Below, in pieces: positions 1 to 13,000 of a DNA stretch of 64,000 nt (position 1 is its first letter; each line of letters starts with the position of its first letter). Source of the DNA: Ruditapes philippinarum (taxonomy: Eukaryota); assembly GCF_026571515.1 (NCBI RefSeq), contig NW_026865826.1, positions 124,001-188,000 of the forward strand. Reading direction: 5' to 3'. The notes under the pieces were generated by a model that saw only the letters and a list, made by a program, of their open reading frames with translations, was not told where the DNA came from and searched no databases. A program made the translations under genes and the position numbers.

Positions 1-240
1 ACTATGTTGAATACTAAACCTTTTATATCTAAGTAAAATTACATTTTTTTTTTCAATACAAATGAGCCAACATAATTGAAAGCTGAACAATACATAACTA
101 CAAATCATTTAAAACTTGCATATTGTTTACAAAATATGTTAAACAAAGCGTATATGTTTAAATTTGAAGAAAATATAATACAATATAAATACCAACATGT
201 AATTCAATTTTTAAACTTATCTATTCAATATTATACAAAC

Positions 241-3200
241 CTTTAGGTCAGCAAAGGCATGAATGGCTTGTTCCTGTTTCAAGTTTCCCCTGACCACATG
301 TAAGCACACATCATATACAGCTTGCCTGAAGTCATGACTACCAAGACTCGCCAACACTGTCTTATCTCCTACACCATTGCAGTAGCGTATACTGTGATAC
401 AAAAATAAAAACCCATTTAATACTTATATCATTATCAATGGCTTCTGTATGTAAATTTAGTGGAAGCATAAAGTGTGTTTCCAGGGCTCAAGCTAGGTTC
501 AAAATTTAGGGAGAAGTGGGGAGACTTTAGGGAGAAGTGAGGAGATTCAGTTATCGATGTTTGTTGTATGTTATCGCAATTATGTTGACTCACTGTACAT
601 ATCTTATTAAATGAATTGGATTTGTGTTACAACAGAATATTCAATTTTAATTTAAAAGTAGTTTGAAACAAGTAATAAGAATGAGTATCATGTAATGCAA
701 CCATTGCATTAAATGAAGATAAAAAAGCCATAGTTGATTCCTATCATGGATCATATCATGGGTGGATTAACAGTTATTCCCTTCTGATTTAATATTAGAA
801 AGCTTGCACCGGACATTATATTCATATTCACTTATGTTGTAAAGAAAATGAAAGCAGATAACGAAAGAAACGATCTTTAATTAAACTTCATTTGTAATTA
901 ATACAGTGTAATACGCCGTCAATTTTATCAAATTTAACTCGTCGACAAAAAAGGTTATCATAACTTTCATTTAAAATTACCGTTACAGTTATATGTCGAG
1001 CGGTCCTCTTAATTCTGACAATCATTCGATAGTGAAAATTTAATTGACGTTTGATCCGTCCATCATAAATAATTGTTACGGGTAGTTGTATGTTAGCGAT
1101 TTAATGTTTGGCTTAATAATGTCGCCTCGATTAAAACGTGAATTACGATTGGTTTCTTGCACGTATCGGTAATGTCGCCGGGGGCGGAGTCTAATTGTTC
1201 CTCGAGTGTCTGTTAATTAGACTTTTATGACATGTTGGTAAACAAACGGATTAATGACATTTCGCGTTGATTGAGATGCATGACAGTCCCTTTTTCCGGC
1301 GGCGAGGGTAAACAAAGCAAACACACACAACATGTTATTCACAGTTATTGTTATGATGGTAATTTTCAATAATGGATCAATAAAATAGGGCGACTTCATC
1401 TTCGCTTTCATGTAGGATGTCGGCGAAGTCAGACGGAATTCGGCGACTATTTTGCCCGAATCGCCCACTAGCTCGAGCCCTGGTTTCTATATTTTCCTTG
1501 TCCTTATTTTCTTCTTTCATAGAGTTTCTCTATAAATTTCACATTTACGAAAAGCCAATGTATGATGTTGACACTTTTGGTCAATTCTTCACCATTTTGG
1601 TCAATTTGTCCTGAGCGAAAAAACTTGTTCTTATTTTGGTCAACTTCATACTAAATATTTTATCATATCAGGAAGAATTCAAGAGCCGTTAATATGACTG
1701 GGTGCTTGACTTTACTCAGTGCCGCTGTCCAATTGAAGTATACATTCTCTTTAGTTTATGAAATCATGATATTTCGTCTTTTAAACATTGTCAAAAATTA
1801 CAAAAATTGGTGGAAAGCAAGTTCTATGTTCTTGAATTGACTGTTATATTCTAGAATAAGCTTTGGTACTAAGCCAGGAGTATACGGAAGATTCATTCCA
1901 CTTTCGTTGGTTTATTATGTAACAAAATGGCCAAACACAAATAGCACTTTTGCAAAAAAGAATATGGTCCTTAATAAAAAGAGATGACCATTCTCTAAAA
2001 TACGGATTCATTGGCGCTCTACGGGGGACAGTAACTGGATATCTAATGTCACACAGCAGTGTTTTTTTTCACCAAAATATTCGGCGAAATTCTCCCCATT
2101 CCCCACTCAAAATAGTATGTTTTTTCCCCCCTCAAAGCTGAAATTTCCCCCTATAAAATGGCAGCCCAAGTTTGCCTGCAATGAATATCATTTTTTTTGC
2201 AACTAACTGCCGAAAAATGCTTTATTTTATGCCTGTAAGACTTACTGTTAAGCAAGGTTTTTCATATAGGTAAGGGGAGCTACTCCTGGTATCCCAACAA
2301 GTTTATCATGTGACACATCAATATTTTAGATCCGTATAAAAATCCCCCTCCTATTTCATTTTTCCCCCTCCAATGGGCACCGACCCCCTTCCCCCAAAAG
2401 TGAAAAAAAACACTGCACAGTGAGAAAAATGTGCAGCCTGAGGCTGACTGGGACTGGAACCCTTGGGATACCTTACTGCTGCTCTACTGACTGAGCTATC
2501 CGGCCACTTACACATCTTCTCCCCTAAATAATTAACAGTTCTAAACCATGACATACTCCCCTTCTATATTGAAATTCATCCTCGAATTTCTAATGGGTAC
2601 AGAGAAAAATGTGAAATTGGACTCGGAGCTTATACTATCACTGTCCCATGCTGGATGCCAAATGTCACAGGGTGAGATAAATGTGCAGCCCGACTGGGAC
2701 TCGATCCCCTGGACTCTAGGAAAAATGTTCAGCGGCTCTACCGCCTGAGCTATCTTGCCGCTTACACATCTTCTCCCCTAAAAAGTGAACAGTTCTGAAC
2801 CGTGTCATACTTCCCTGCTGTATTGAAATTTGTCCTCCAATTTAACAGAATTACAGAGCAATGTGAATTAAACTCTGAGCTATATTCACTAATTCAGTCA
2901 TGGTCCCCCATTGGGCGTCAAATGTCACAGGGTGAGAAAAATGTGCAGCCCAACCCGGAATTCCGTTCCGGGTCTCTACTGAGCTTTCCGGCCACTTACA
3001 CATCTTTTCCCCTAAATAGTGAACAGTTCTGAACCATGACATGTACAAATTTTGTCCTGAAAAATACATCTATCGATACAGGTGTCTAATCCAGGAGATT
3101 GCAGGAGACTTGGCTCATTCACATGATAGAGACTTTTCATCCGTAGACGCTTGTTTAATTGAAGTGCTTTGTATGAAGATAGACCCATCAGTTTTGTTCG

Positions 3201-3613
3201 GCAGTTACTTCTGTCATTAACAGGCATTCTATTGAATGTCAATTTGTTCTGGACATGTGACATTCCACAATATACAAAAATTAGTTGACGTATAGTTTGC
3301 ACAGTCAATTTAAATTGATGTATAAAATACTTAGAGCGGAATAAGAAGGGGCCCGACTCACATTATGCTAAGCGTCTGTGCATAAATTGATTATTCTGGA
3401 AATCAATTTTGTTTTCTTATTTTTTTTTCATTTGTCAGGAACAAAATACGAAAAAATAAAAGGAGATTACATTTTAATTTTACATCAAAATATTCTTAAA
3501 GAATAACAATATAAATCTGAAATAATGTATTAAAAGATTTGCACGTACAACTCTTGCTTTCCAGACTTTTCCCAAGATTTACAATGTTCAACCGTCACAC
3601 ACGACGCCGCCAT
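241..3613 (-). CDS. THOC2: THO complex subunit 2, first two coding exons (3549-3613, 241-391); gene continues off the left edge
   Basis: GT-AG splicing with matching phase 2 gives MAASCVTVEHCKSWEKSGKQEF-IRYCNG...HDFRQAVYDVCLHVVRGNLKQEQAIHAFADLK, resembling the recalled human THOC2 N-terminus ([24 protein letters not shown]...[24 protein letters not shown]). Confidence 0.9.
482..1482. mobile_element. Non-autonomous TIR DNA transposon (CAG termini, 5-bp TSD; hAT-like)
   Basis: TIRs cagggctcaagctag (482-496) / ctagctcgagccctg (1468-1482), 1 mismatch; flanking direct repeat GTTTC (477-481, 1483-1487); no transposase ORF. Confidence 0.8.
2047..3041 (-). mobile_element. Tandem three-LTR miniature LTR retrotransposon (TRIM) with tRNA-derived LTRs (Helenus/Cassandra-like architecture)
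   Basis: LTRs TGTCA...TG(A/T)CA at 2047-2553 (interrupted), 2663-2807 and 2923-3041. On the minus strand the LTRs at 2923-3041 and 2663-2807 are each followed by a tRNA-Lys-type PBS; those at 2663-2807 and 2047-2553 are each preceded by a purine tract. A-box and B-box lie inside the LTRs. Confidence 0.8.
2057..2415. mobile_element. MITE with 16-bp perfect TIRs and 5-bp TSD, nested in a TRIM LTR
   Basis: cagtgttttttttcac (2057-2072) / gtgaaaaaaaacactg (2400-2415); TSD CACAG (2052-2056, 2416-2420); removing it restores the LTR. Confidence 0.85.
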
Positions 3614-3630
3614 CTTTTCCAGTGACGTCA
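3606..3630 (-). promoter_or_regulatory. YY1-type motif overlapping the THOC2 start codon plus a CRE palindrome
   Basis: Minus strand AAGATGGCGGC at the ATG; TGACGTCA at 3623-3630. Confidence 0.5.
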
Positions 3631-5949
3631 ATATCACCGGTTAATATCGTACCCGAGCGGCAACGTACCCAAGTCGTAATGTTTTGGAATTAATTATTTT
3701 TTAATGTTGTCAAGATTCTCCTGAATAAAAAAGTGAAAATGTTTGATCTGTTGGTCGAACAAAAAAAAAGAAATATAAAAGTGCTGTAATATAAACATAT
3801 AAACATAAGTGTTGGGTTTTTGGAACCGTATAACTAATATTTTATCTCACTAAAAAGCGGCCGGAAAAAATTAAATGTCCAGAAGGGAAAAAAATTGAGA
3901 GAACCACTTGTATATATTACTCCCTTGTTTACATGACAATCAGAATTATTCAAATATGCAGGTCTTTATCAAATTATAGCCTCAATTCATTTCATTCAAT
4001 AAATTGATTGCAGTAGAACTAACGTCATTAATAAATTTAAATGCTTATAGCTGTACATTAATTTTTGCAGGGTCTTTCAAAAAGAATGGTCCCAATTTTA
4101 GGAAAAAGATTCGGCTGAGTCATGTGATTATTAGGTCATCTACAGACCGTGATCTGGCATAGTACATAACCGTTCAAAAATCAAATTATATAAGATAATG
4201 TTTTGTTAAATTTATATAAAAAAAAATACTGAAAACTAATTCTGGCTATATTACATTATCAGTTTTTACTTAAAAAGTAACAATTTTATATATTTGCAAT
4301 GAAATGAGGATTTTTTCTACTTGAAAGAACATGATTGCATGTTCGTTTTGTTCAGTATATAATCAACACAGTGTATATTTTTATCAGGTAGACCTGCTAA
4401 TTCATAAGAGATTGTAGAGTGCAATAAATTTTCCCCCTCGCACAGACTGAAACAATATTCATTCTTTTACATTAAAAACACTATATACAGACCCTTTCAT
4501 TTTGACATCTTCACACAAACATTAGATTTAAGTTTTAGCTTAAACTATAACTATTTTAGCTCAATTTGTGAAGACTTCTTGTAGGTAACGTATTTTTACC
4601 ACTCTCGAATCCGATTTCTGGAGCAAACCACTTCTGACACAACAACTTGAAACGTGGTCGGGTGTTACGACCACTGTATGCGTTTAAGATAGGATTCTTG
4701 GTTGAGAAACAGGTATATTAACCATATGTGCACCGATCCAATAAATTAGAAAAAAGGCACGTTTACTATCTTTTTATTATTTTTCAGTAACTTTACATTT
4801 CATAAAGTACTTATTTACCATGCATATCATGTGATGGGCATCATTAAAAAAAAAACAAATACCCAACGAAAACTGGATGTTCATAAAATGACAACTGCCA
4901 ACTGCTGAAATGCAATATTTTTTCCATATTTGAATCATTTTACTATTTTACAAAAAAGTTGTCCTGGAACCATTATTCAAGGGTCACTGTGTTATATATA
5001 GAATGCAAAAATTTGAAATAAAAGGCACAAACATGTGAATAATTTGACCTTAATTTTGGTAATTGTACGTACATTGTAAATCTCTCCTACGAGTAACATA
5101 TGAATATGAGATACATGTACTTCCAGTTTCATTTTGCCTCGCCAAGTTTTGGCAACTTCAACCCATATTTATACGCACTATAAAAATATTAACACTATCT
5201 TAAATTATTATATTTTTAAGGTTAAAAAATAAACGTGTCTCATTTGTTGCGTTCATTGAACACCACCCTTCCTGATAATCTTGATTTTTTATCATTATTA
5301 ATTTATATAAATATAATATTAAATATTTATTGTGTAAAAATGCTTGCCAAATTGCACTTAGCCATGGATTTTCGGTATTTTCACATGGCAACGTATTATA
5401 TTCTATACATAATTTTAAGTCATTGTTAAATTATAAAAACTTAAAATTAACTACCACAGAAAGTCCAAAACCTTTCACACAAACTTTAAAAAAAGCACTT
5501 CTTTGAACTTTCTGAACAGAAACACATCATCATAATAATCATAATATGTTTCTTCATCATTTTAGACAGTATCACTATCATCATCGCTGTAGTATCATCA
5601 TCGCTGTAGTAATCAATCATAAGTCTATTTTATTACTATGGTCATGGAGCTTTTCTTATGTATATAAACTAATATTTTATGTATAAAAGTTTTTTGTCAT
5701 TTGTATCATTCAGACAAACAAAATATTTATATGGATAATGATTTCTTTCAACTATATCGATGTTTAAAATGAAAAAAATCCTAGAGACCCTTCAGGACGC
5801 TATGTTTGTCATAGCGACATGAAATACGCGTGGATAGACATTAGTTTTTTTACCTTTCAATTGATAATTTTATGTATGAAAAACATTTGTCTCGCTATTG
5901 TTACTTACAGTCCAGAATTAATAAATAAACTTAAATTACGGATTATTTA

Positions 5950-7630
5950 AACAAGAGGGCCATGATGGCCCTGGATCGCTCCCCTGACCCATCAACCGCA
6001 TCCAAGCAATGTCATAGACAAGCATCCTGGCCAAATTTGATCACAATTGAGTCAAAAATGTGACCTCTAGTGTGTTAAAAATGTTTTCCATATTTGGGCA
6101 ATGTGACCTAATTTTTGGCTGGAGACGACCCATATTCGAACTTGACCTAAAAATCATCAAAACAACCTTTCTGACAAATTTTCAGGATATTTGGATCAAA
6201 ACTGCAGCCACAACAAATAAAGATTTTTCGTATTTTTAGCTTCTGTGACCTAGTTTTTGACCGGAGATGATCGATCTTCGAACTTGACCTAGAAATCATC
6301 AAAACAACCTTCCTGACAAATTACCAGAATATTTTGATCAAAACTGCAGCCACTAGAGTGTTCACAAGCTTTTTCTATTTTCATCTCCTGTGACCTAGAT
6401 TTTAACCGGAGATGACCCATCTTCAAACTTGACTTAGAAATCATCAAAACAACCTTCCTGACAAATTTCCAGAATATTTGGATCAAAACTGCACCCACTA
6501 GAGTGTTGACAAGCTTTTTCTATTTTTAGCTCCTGTGACCTAGTTTTTAACTTGAGATAACCCATCTTCGTACTTGACATAGAAATCATCAAAACAACCT
6601 TCCTGACAAATTTCCAGAATATTCGAATCAAAATTGCAGCCACTAGAGTGTTAACAAACTTTATCTATTTTTAGCTCCTGTGACCTTGTTTTTGACCGGA
6701 GATGACCCATCTTTGAACATGATCTAAAAATCATCAAAACAACCTTTCTGACAAATTTCCAGAATATCTGGATTAAAACTGCAGCCACTAGAGTGTTAAC
6801 AAGTCTTTTCTATTTTTAGCTCCTGTGACCTAGTTTTTGACCGGAGATGACCCATATTCGAACTTGACCTAAAAAATATCAAAACAACCTTCCTGACAAA
6901 TTTCCAGGATATTTGGATCAAAAATGCAGCCACGAGTGTGTTAACAAGCTTTTTCTATTTTTAGCTCCTGTGACCTAGTTTTTGACCGGAGATGACCCAT
7001 CTTCAAACTCGACCTAGAAATCATCAAAACAACCTTCCTGACAAATTTCCAGAATATTTGGATCAAAACTGTAGCCACTAGAGTATTTACAAGCTTTTTC
7101 TATTTTTAGCTCCTGTGACCTAGTTTTTGACCGGAGATGACCCATCTTCAAACTTGACCTAGAAATCATCAAAACAACCTTCCTGACAAATTTCCAAAAT
7201 ATTTGGATCAAAACTGCAGCCACGAGAGTGTTAACAAGCTTTTTCTATTTTTAGCTCCTGTGACCTAGTTTTTGACCGCAGATGACCCATCTTCGAACTT
7301 GACCTAGAAATCATCAAAACAACCTTCCTGACAAATTTCCAGAATATTTGGATCAAAACTGCAGCCACGAGAGTGTTAACAAGCCTTTTCTATTTTTAGC
7401 TCCTGTGAACTAGTTTTTGACCGGAGATGACCCATCTTCGAACTCAATCTGTATTTCATTTAGACAAACATTCTGACAAAGTTTGACAATGATTCAATCA
7501 AAAGTGTGACTGCTAGACTGTTAACAACTTAATTGTTGACGACGAACGACGCACGACGCACGACGACGGACGCCGGACATAGCCCTATCACTATACCTCA
7601 CCTTGACCACTTCGTGGTCAGGTGAGCTAT
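5950..7630 (-). mobile_element. Helentron/Helitron-associated non-autonomous element with about nine 145-bp tandem repeats
   Basis: aacaag end with hairpin agggccatgatggccct; subterminal inverted repeats gctc(a/c)cctga / tcaggtgagc; ACG/GACG microsatellite at 7538-7575; 145-bp period (tgtgacctagttttt at about 6244, 6390, 6535...7405). Confidence 0.8.
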
Positions 7631-7676
7631 AAATAATCTTGGTTTATATGAACATTAAATCCTTTTCATTGTTTAA

Positions 7677-9443
7677 CCCTTTCTCTCATGAGCATATTGT
7701 GAACAAGAGCCATGTCAACATGGCCATCCCTCGCCGAATGTGTTTGCTCATTGGAAGAATGTATATGTAGTAGAACAGAATAATTCTATTTTAAGAGGTC
7801 TTTTGGTAATGAAAACTGATGGCTATAGTGATTACAGCTTTGAAACCTATGTGAATACTGATGGCTGAAAATAACAAAGGGCAATAACTCAAAAATAATG
7901 CAGGGTAGAGTTATCATTCTTAAGCACTGCACTCCTCCTCAATGAGATCCATCCGCCTTTGAAGTTTCAAGTTGATACATCAAATACTTTTTGAGATAAG
8001 CTCTGGACAAAATAGCATAAAAAAACAAAGGGCAATAACTCAAAAATTGTATAGGGAAGAGTTATCATTCTTGCGCACAACATTCCTCCTCAATAAGATC
8101 TATCCAACTAAGACATTTCATGTTGATATCTCACACTTTTTTTTAGTTATGCTCCACTCAGGTGAAAAATTAGGTATGAAAAATAACAAAGGGCAATAAC
8201 TCAAAAATTATGAAAGGTAGAGTTATCATTCATGTGCACTGCACACCTCCTGAGTGAGATCTATGCACCTATGAAGTTTCATGTTAATATCTCATAGGCT
8301 TTTGGAGTTTGCTCTGGACAAAAATCAATTTTGAAAAATAACAAAGGGCAATAACTCAAAAATCATGCAAGGTAGAGTTATCATTCTTGTGCACTGCACT
8401 CCTCCTCAATGAGGTCTATCCACATATAACATTCCTCCTCAATAAGATCTATCCACCTATGACATTTCATGTTGATATCTCAAACACTTTTTGAGTTATG
8501 CTCCACTCAGGTGAAAAATTAGGTATGAAAAATAACAAAGGGCAATAACTCAAAAATTATGAAAGGTAGAGTTATCATTCATGTGCACTGCACACCTCCT
8601 GAGTAAGATCTATGCACCTATGAAGTTTCATGTTAATATCTCATAGGCTTTTGGAGTTATGCTCTGGACAAAAATCAATCTTGAAAAATAACAAAGGGCA
8701 ATAACTCAAAAATCATGCAAGGTAGAGTTATCATTCTTGTGCACTGCACTCCTCCTCAATGAGGTCTATCCACCTATGAAGTTTCAAGTTGATAACTCAA
8801 ATACTTTTAAAGATATGCTCCGGACAAAGATGTCGGACGGAAGGACGGACGGACGGAAGGACGGAAAGTCGGACGGACGGACGGACGGACGGACGGAGAC
8901 TATTTCTATATCCTCCGCCGAAAATTTTTTTGCGGGGGATAAAAATGGCCGTTTTCACTGAAAAGTCTCCTGTTACAAGTTCAAACTGCTATGAAACTAT
9001 GAAAAATGCTTCAATACTGATCAAACTTGGCGCAAATGTTGACTGGACCATTGCCTTTGTAACGACATGCTCTGTCTTAAATTTCCTGTTACCATGGCAA
9101 CGAGGAGACATCTCAAAATTGCTAAAAATCACCATTTTGCCTCGATTTTTTCCATCAAAATTTATTTCAAAGTGCTGCAACTTCTCAAGGGATTGAGATA
9201 GAGTCAAAGGCTTTTCAGCGTTGGTTACACGTTACCTAATGATCGACCTGGGGTCATTTTTAGCCTCTCACAAGTCCAAAATTTTCTTGGCGATGAGAGG
9301 GACTCCACCCCCTTCAAACCCCCCAAACAGAAGGGGGCACATCTCCCTTCTGGCAACCCCCTGATGTATCTTTTGGATGAGGGGCGGCGCCGAAAAAGTG
9401 CTCACTTTTTTTAGCAACATTTCTCAAACGAAAGCATGTGTTT
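7677..9443. mobile_element. Truncated piggyBac-like MITE (same family as 11876-12499), interrupted by a Helentron-like element
   Basis: TTAA|CCC start; 7677-7701 plus 8941-9443 align closely with 11876-12405; right TIR missing. Confidence 0.75.
7702..8945 (-). mobile_element. Helentron-like non-autonomous element with about 155-160 bp tandem units and (GGAC)n
   Basis: aacaagagccatgtcaacatggcc terminal hairpin; repeated aacaaagggcaataactcaaaaa; GGAC microsatellite at about 8833-8897; inserted in an A-run of the host MITE. Confidence 0.75.
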
Positions 9444-10060
9444 GAAAACTTATTTACGATTTAATTAAATATTATTTTTGCTTTGATAAAAAATAAAAAC
9501 CTTCAAGACGCTTCGGGACACTATGTTGGTCAGTTAGCTACTTGTAATATGCGTGGATATACGTTTGTTTTTTTAGCTTTCAATTGATAATTTTATGTAT
9601 GAAAAACATTTTTCTCGCTATTGTTACTTACAGAATTAATAGACAAACTTAATTGACGAATTATTTCAAAGAAATGTTGGTTTATATAAACATTAAACCT
9701 TCGGGACACTTATTTGGCACACAACTGTTTTTGAGCAAGGTTAGTTTTATTGATATAAATAGAAAAATGTCAATAGAGATAAATTTTTTCTACCATAAAA
9801 ACCTTTTATACATAATAATAGACACCATAAATATAACCTTTTTGGTTGTTAAAATTAAAAATAATGCCTCGGGACGTTTCGGGACGCTTTTTAGTGAGAC
9901 CGTATATTTATCTCTTATCTTATCTATATACAAACTGTGATATAATGTCAATTAAGACGCTCCTTTCGCTTGATTTCCATTTCTTCCCCCAAATTGGTCA
10001 CTTTCGTATTTTAATCATACAAGTTTTCGTCTAAAATTAATTCTACTTCTAAGTTCAAAG

Positions 10061-13000
10061 ATGGCGGCTGCTGAACATGATAGTGAGAAGTTGAGAAGAA
10101 AAATATGTAAAAAGTCAAATAGATTGCGTGAAACTCTATTAAAGAAAGAGAATATTTCTGCAGTTGATTTTCCAACCTTGGTATGTAGTTTTATTTTCTT
10201 ACTTATCTATCTGACCAACCTAAACTGACATATTGAACGGAAGATTGACGTTTCGCCCTCAAGACTGTTCACACCAAGATGGTTCACATCAAGATATTTC
10301 ACTCCCTTTTTATGATAAATCTTTGAAATATAAATGCAAGAAATTTTCCGTTTTTTTTTTGTTTTTTTTTTAAGAACAGACATACTTCCTATTTATCTAT
10401 CTTCCATTAATGTCAAACCTCTGACGGGGACGTTGATACATAATTTGAGGATTACCTGGATTTCTTACCAGTACACCTCTAGTTAATTTGGAAACACAAA
10501 GTGTCTCAGAAAAATCCCAAGGGTGTTACCCAGGATTGAACCCGGGACCTCAGGAGTGACAGCCAGTGGTCTAACCAACTTAACTATTGTGCCACCTACA
10601 TGATTGTGTAATTCTTAAACAAAACAAATTATAAAAAGAAGGGGCTATCCGAACTGGCCGTATGGCCAGCCACAAATTATAGCCGTACATGAGTCAGCAA
10701 TTGTATAATTGTATTTTTAAATACATGTAGATACATTACATATGGAATATTAAATTTTAAAATCCTATACAAGGACTGACACTAATACTAATCACGGAGT
10801 TGTTTTTACTCTTTTAATAGAAACTGTAAATAGGGAAACTTTTTATTTTTATTTTGGAAAACAGTCAGTCCTGCCTGCTGCGTATGTATATACAGTTTTT
10901 ACCCAATTGCGAGTATACTCCTTGCGGAGTGATGCAATCACTTGAGAGATGATGATGACAAGAGAATTATAGAATGCTTTTCACGGAACATGCAAACTTT
11001 CCTTTGTGATGGACAAATTTGTACTGTCAGTAATTGATGCAGTTATCAGAGCACAATAACAATTATGTTGGGTCTTTTTTCATTTTTAAAGGTGTTGAAA
11101 ATTAAACATACTGTAACAAAAAAGATTAATGTATTACAATAATAATGTTAATGATTTCAGTTGAATTTGATGTTATTCAACTTTAACTGTATAAATGCTC
11201 TTTGTTCTGGAGATGACAATGATCAATATTTGTAGTTTTTAAATTGTACTTTCTTTGGCCAACATGGTGATTCATCTCTAAAGGGTAAGCATGCAAAGAC
11301 AATTATTGCTGTTAAAGTTTCTTGGTTAAATCCACGTTTAAAGACTTAAAAGAACATATATGCATTTTCGACTGTCCTATAAATTTGAAAAGTGTCATAC
11401 GGCTAGAGTAACTAAGACAATACAGTGTGTCCTAGCTTGCCATATGTGACTCACGTAGACATGCTTTTGTTGCAAATGATCCAGTTTAAATGATTTAGCC
11501 TACCTTTATCAGAGACAGAGCTGCACTTATCAAAGAAAATAAAGTCCTAAATAGATGACTCAATTCAAGACATACATGTATATTTATATGTTGTTATGAT
11601 GTAGCATTTACTACCAACTTACAAATAAAGACTGAAAAACAGCCTTTAAACATGCTAGAAAAACTTGAAGTGATAAGGATTTTATAACTATAATTATGAG
11701 AATAGTCAAGTGCAGCTATTGAGTGTTTATTTGAAATTATGAAGTGTTTTTATATTGTACATACTATCTTTACTATCTATACTTTCAAATTCTAATATAG
11801 TTGCATGTTGTATTGTATTCAGATTGCTATGAGAAATTATCACAAAAAATGTCATTAATCAACTGTAATATTTAACCCATTGCTTCATGAGCATTTTGTG
11901 AAAAATGGCTGTTTTCATTGAAAAGTCTCCCGTTACAAGTTCAAATTGCTATAATACTATTAAAACTGCTTCAACACTAATCAAACTTGGCACAAATGTT
12001 GACTGGACCATTGCCCTTGCAACAACATGCTCAGGCTTAAATTTTCTGTTACCATGGCAACGAGGGGACATCTCAAAATTGCCAAAAATCACTATTTTGC
12101 GTTGATTTTTTCCAACAAAATTGATTTCAAAGTGCTGCAATTTCTCAATGGATTGAGATAGAGTCAAATGCTTTTCAGCGTTGGTTACACGTTAGCTTAT
12201 GATCAATCTGGGGTCATTTACAGCCTCTCACAAGTCCAAAATTTTCTTGGCGATGAGGGGGACTCCGCCCCCCTTCAAACCCCCCAAACAGAAGGGGGCA
12301 CATCCCCCTTCTAGCAACCCCCTGATGTATCTTTTAGTTGGGGGGCCACGCCGAAAAAGAGCTCACTTTTTTTAACAACATTTCTCAAACAAAAACAAGT
12401 GTTTGGGGCCTAAATAAGGCATTTTTTCATCATTTGAGACAACAAAAAGGGGGGGGGGGGGGAAAAAGGCGTTAAAAGGCGTGTATATGAAGTAATGGGT
12501 TAAGTAACCTACAGTAAAGCATCTGATTGTTATAACATGATTATTTCAGATTTTATGTGTTTGCAACGGAGGTCTTGGCAATTGTGTCGCTTATGAGGAA
12601 ATGCTAGAGCAGTTTGGTCAGTTTGGCAAAAAATGTGATATTTTAATGATTCCCCAGAAGTCCTATGCATATGTGTGTTATAAAACAATAGCTGAAAGTG
12701 AAGAAGCATATAAACAAATGAATGGGCATAAATTACAATCTACTGAAAACAGACCCAATGAAGTAGTCTTGTATACATTTTATGTTAATGAAGGTGAGTA
12801 AGATTTACATGTATCCTTAATATCAAATCAGATGTACATGTATTTAAAAATCTAATGTTAATCAAGGATGTTTGCTTATTCAAACAACTTATACTTTGTT
12901 TTTGTAAGAAAATGAACAAGGTTTATATTTTAAATATCTATATCAACTTAAGAACTAGGAGAAATGAGAATACTTGACCTAAAAATATAGTTTCCATACC

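Noticed and set aside
2421-2995. Cluster of three functional tRNA-Lys genes
   Set aside because: Anticodon arms are degenerate or deleted, and the units sit within LTRs with PBS and PPT
6289-7223. Three similar 69-aa ORFs resembling a gene family or CRISPR-like array
   Set aside because: They are by-products of a 145-bp tandem array inside a Helentron-like element; there are no unique spacers
10945-11050. Possible intronic C/D snoRNA (ATGATGA)
   Set aside because: No suitably placed CTGA D box or terminal stem
8789-12167. Repeated ORFs MAVF(T/I)EKSPVTSS / MTLSQS(L/I)EKLQH
   Set aside because: They fall within two copies of a non-coding piggyBac-like MITE and show no transposase motifs
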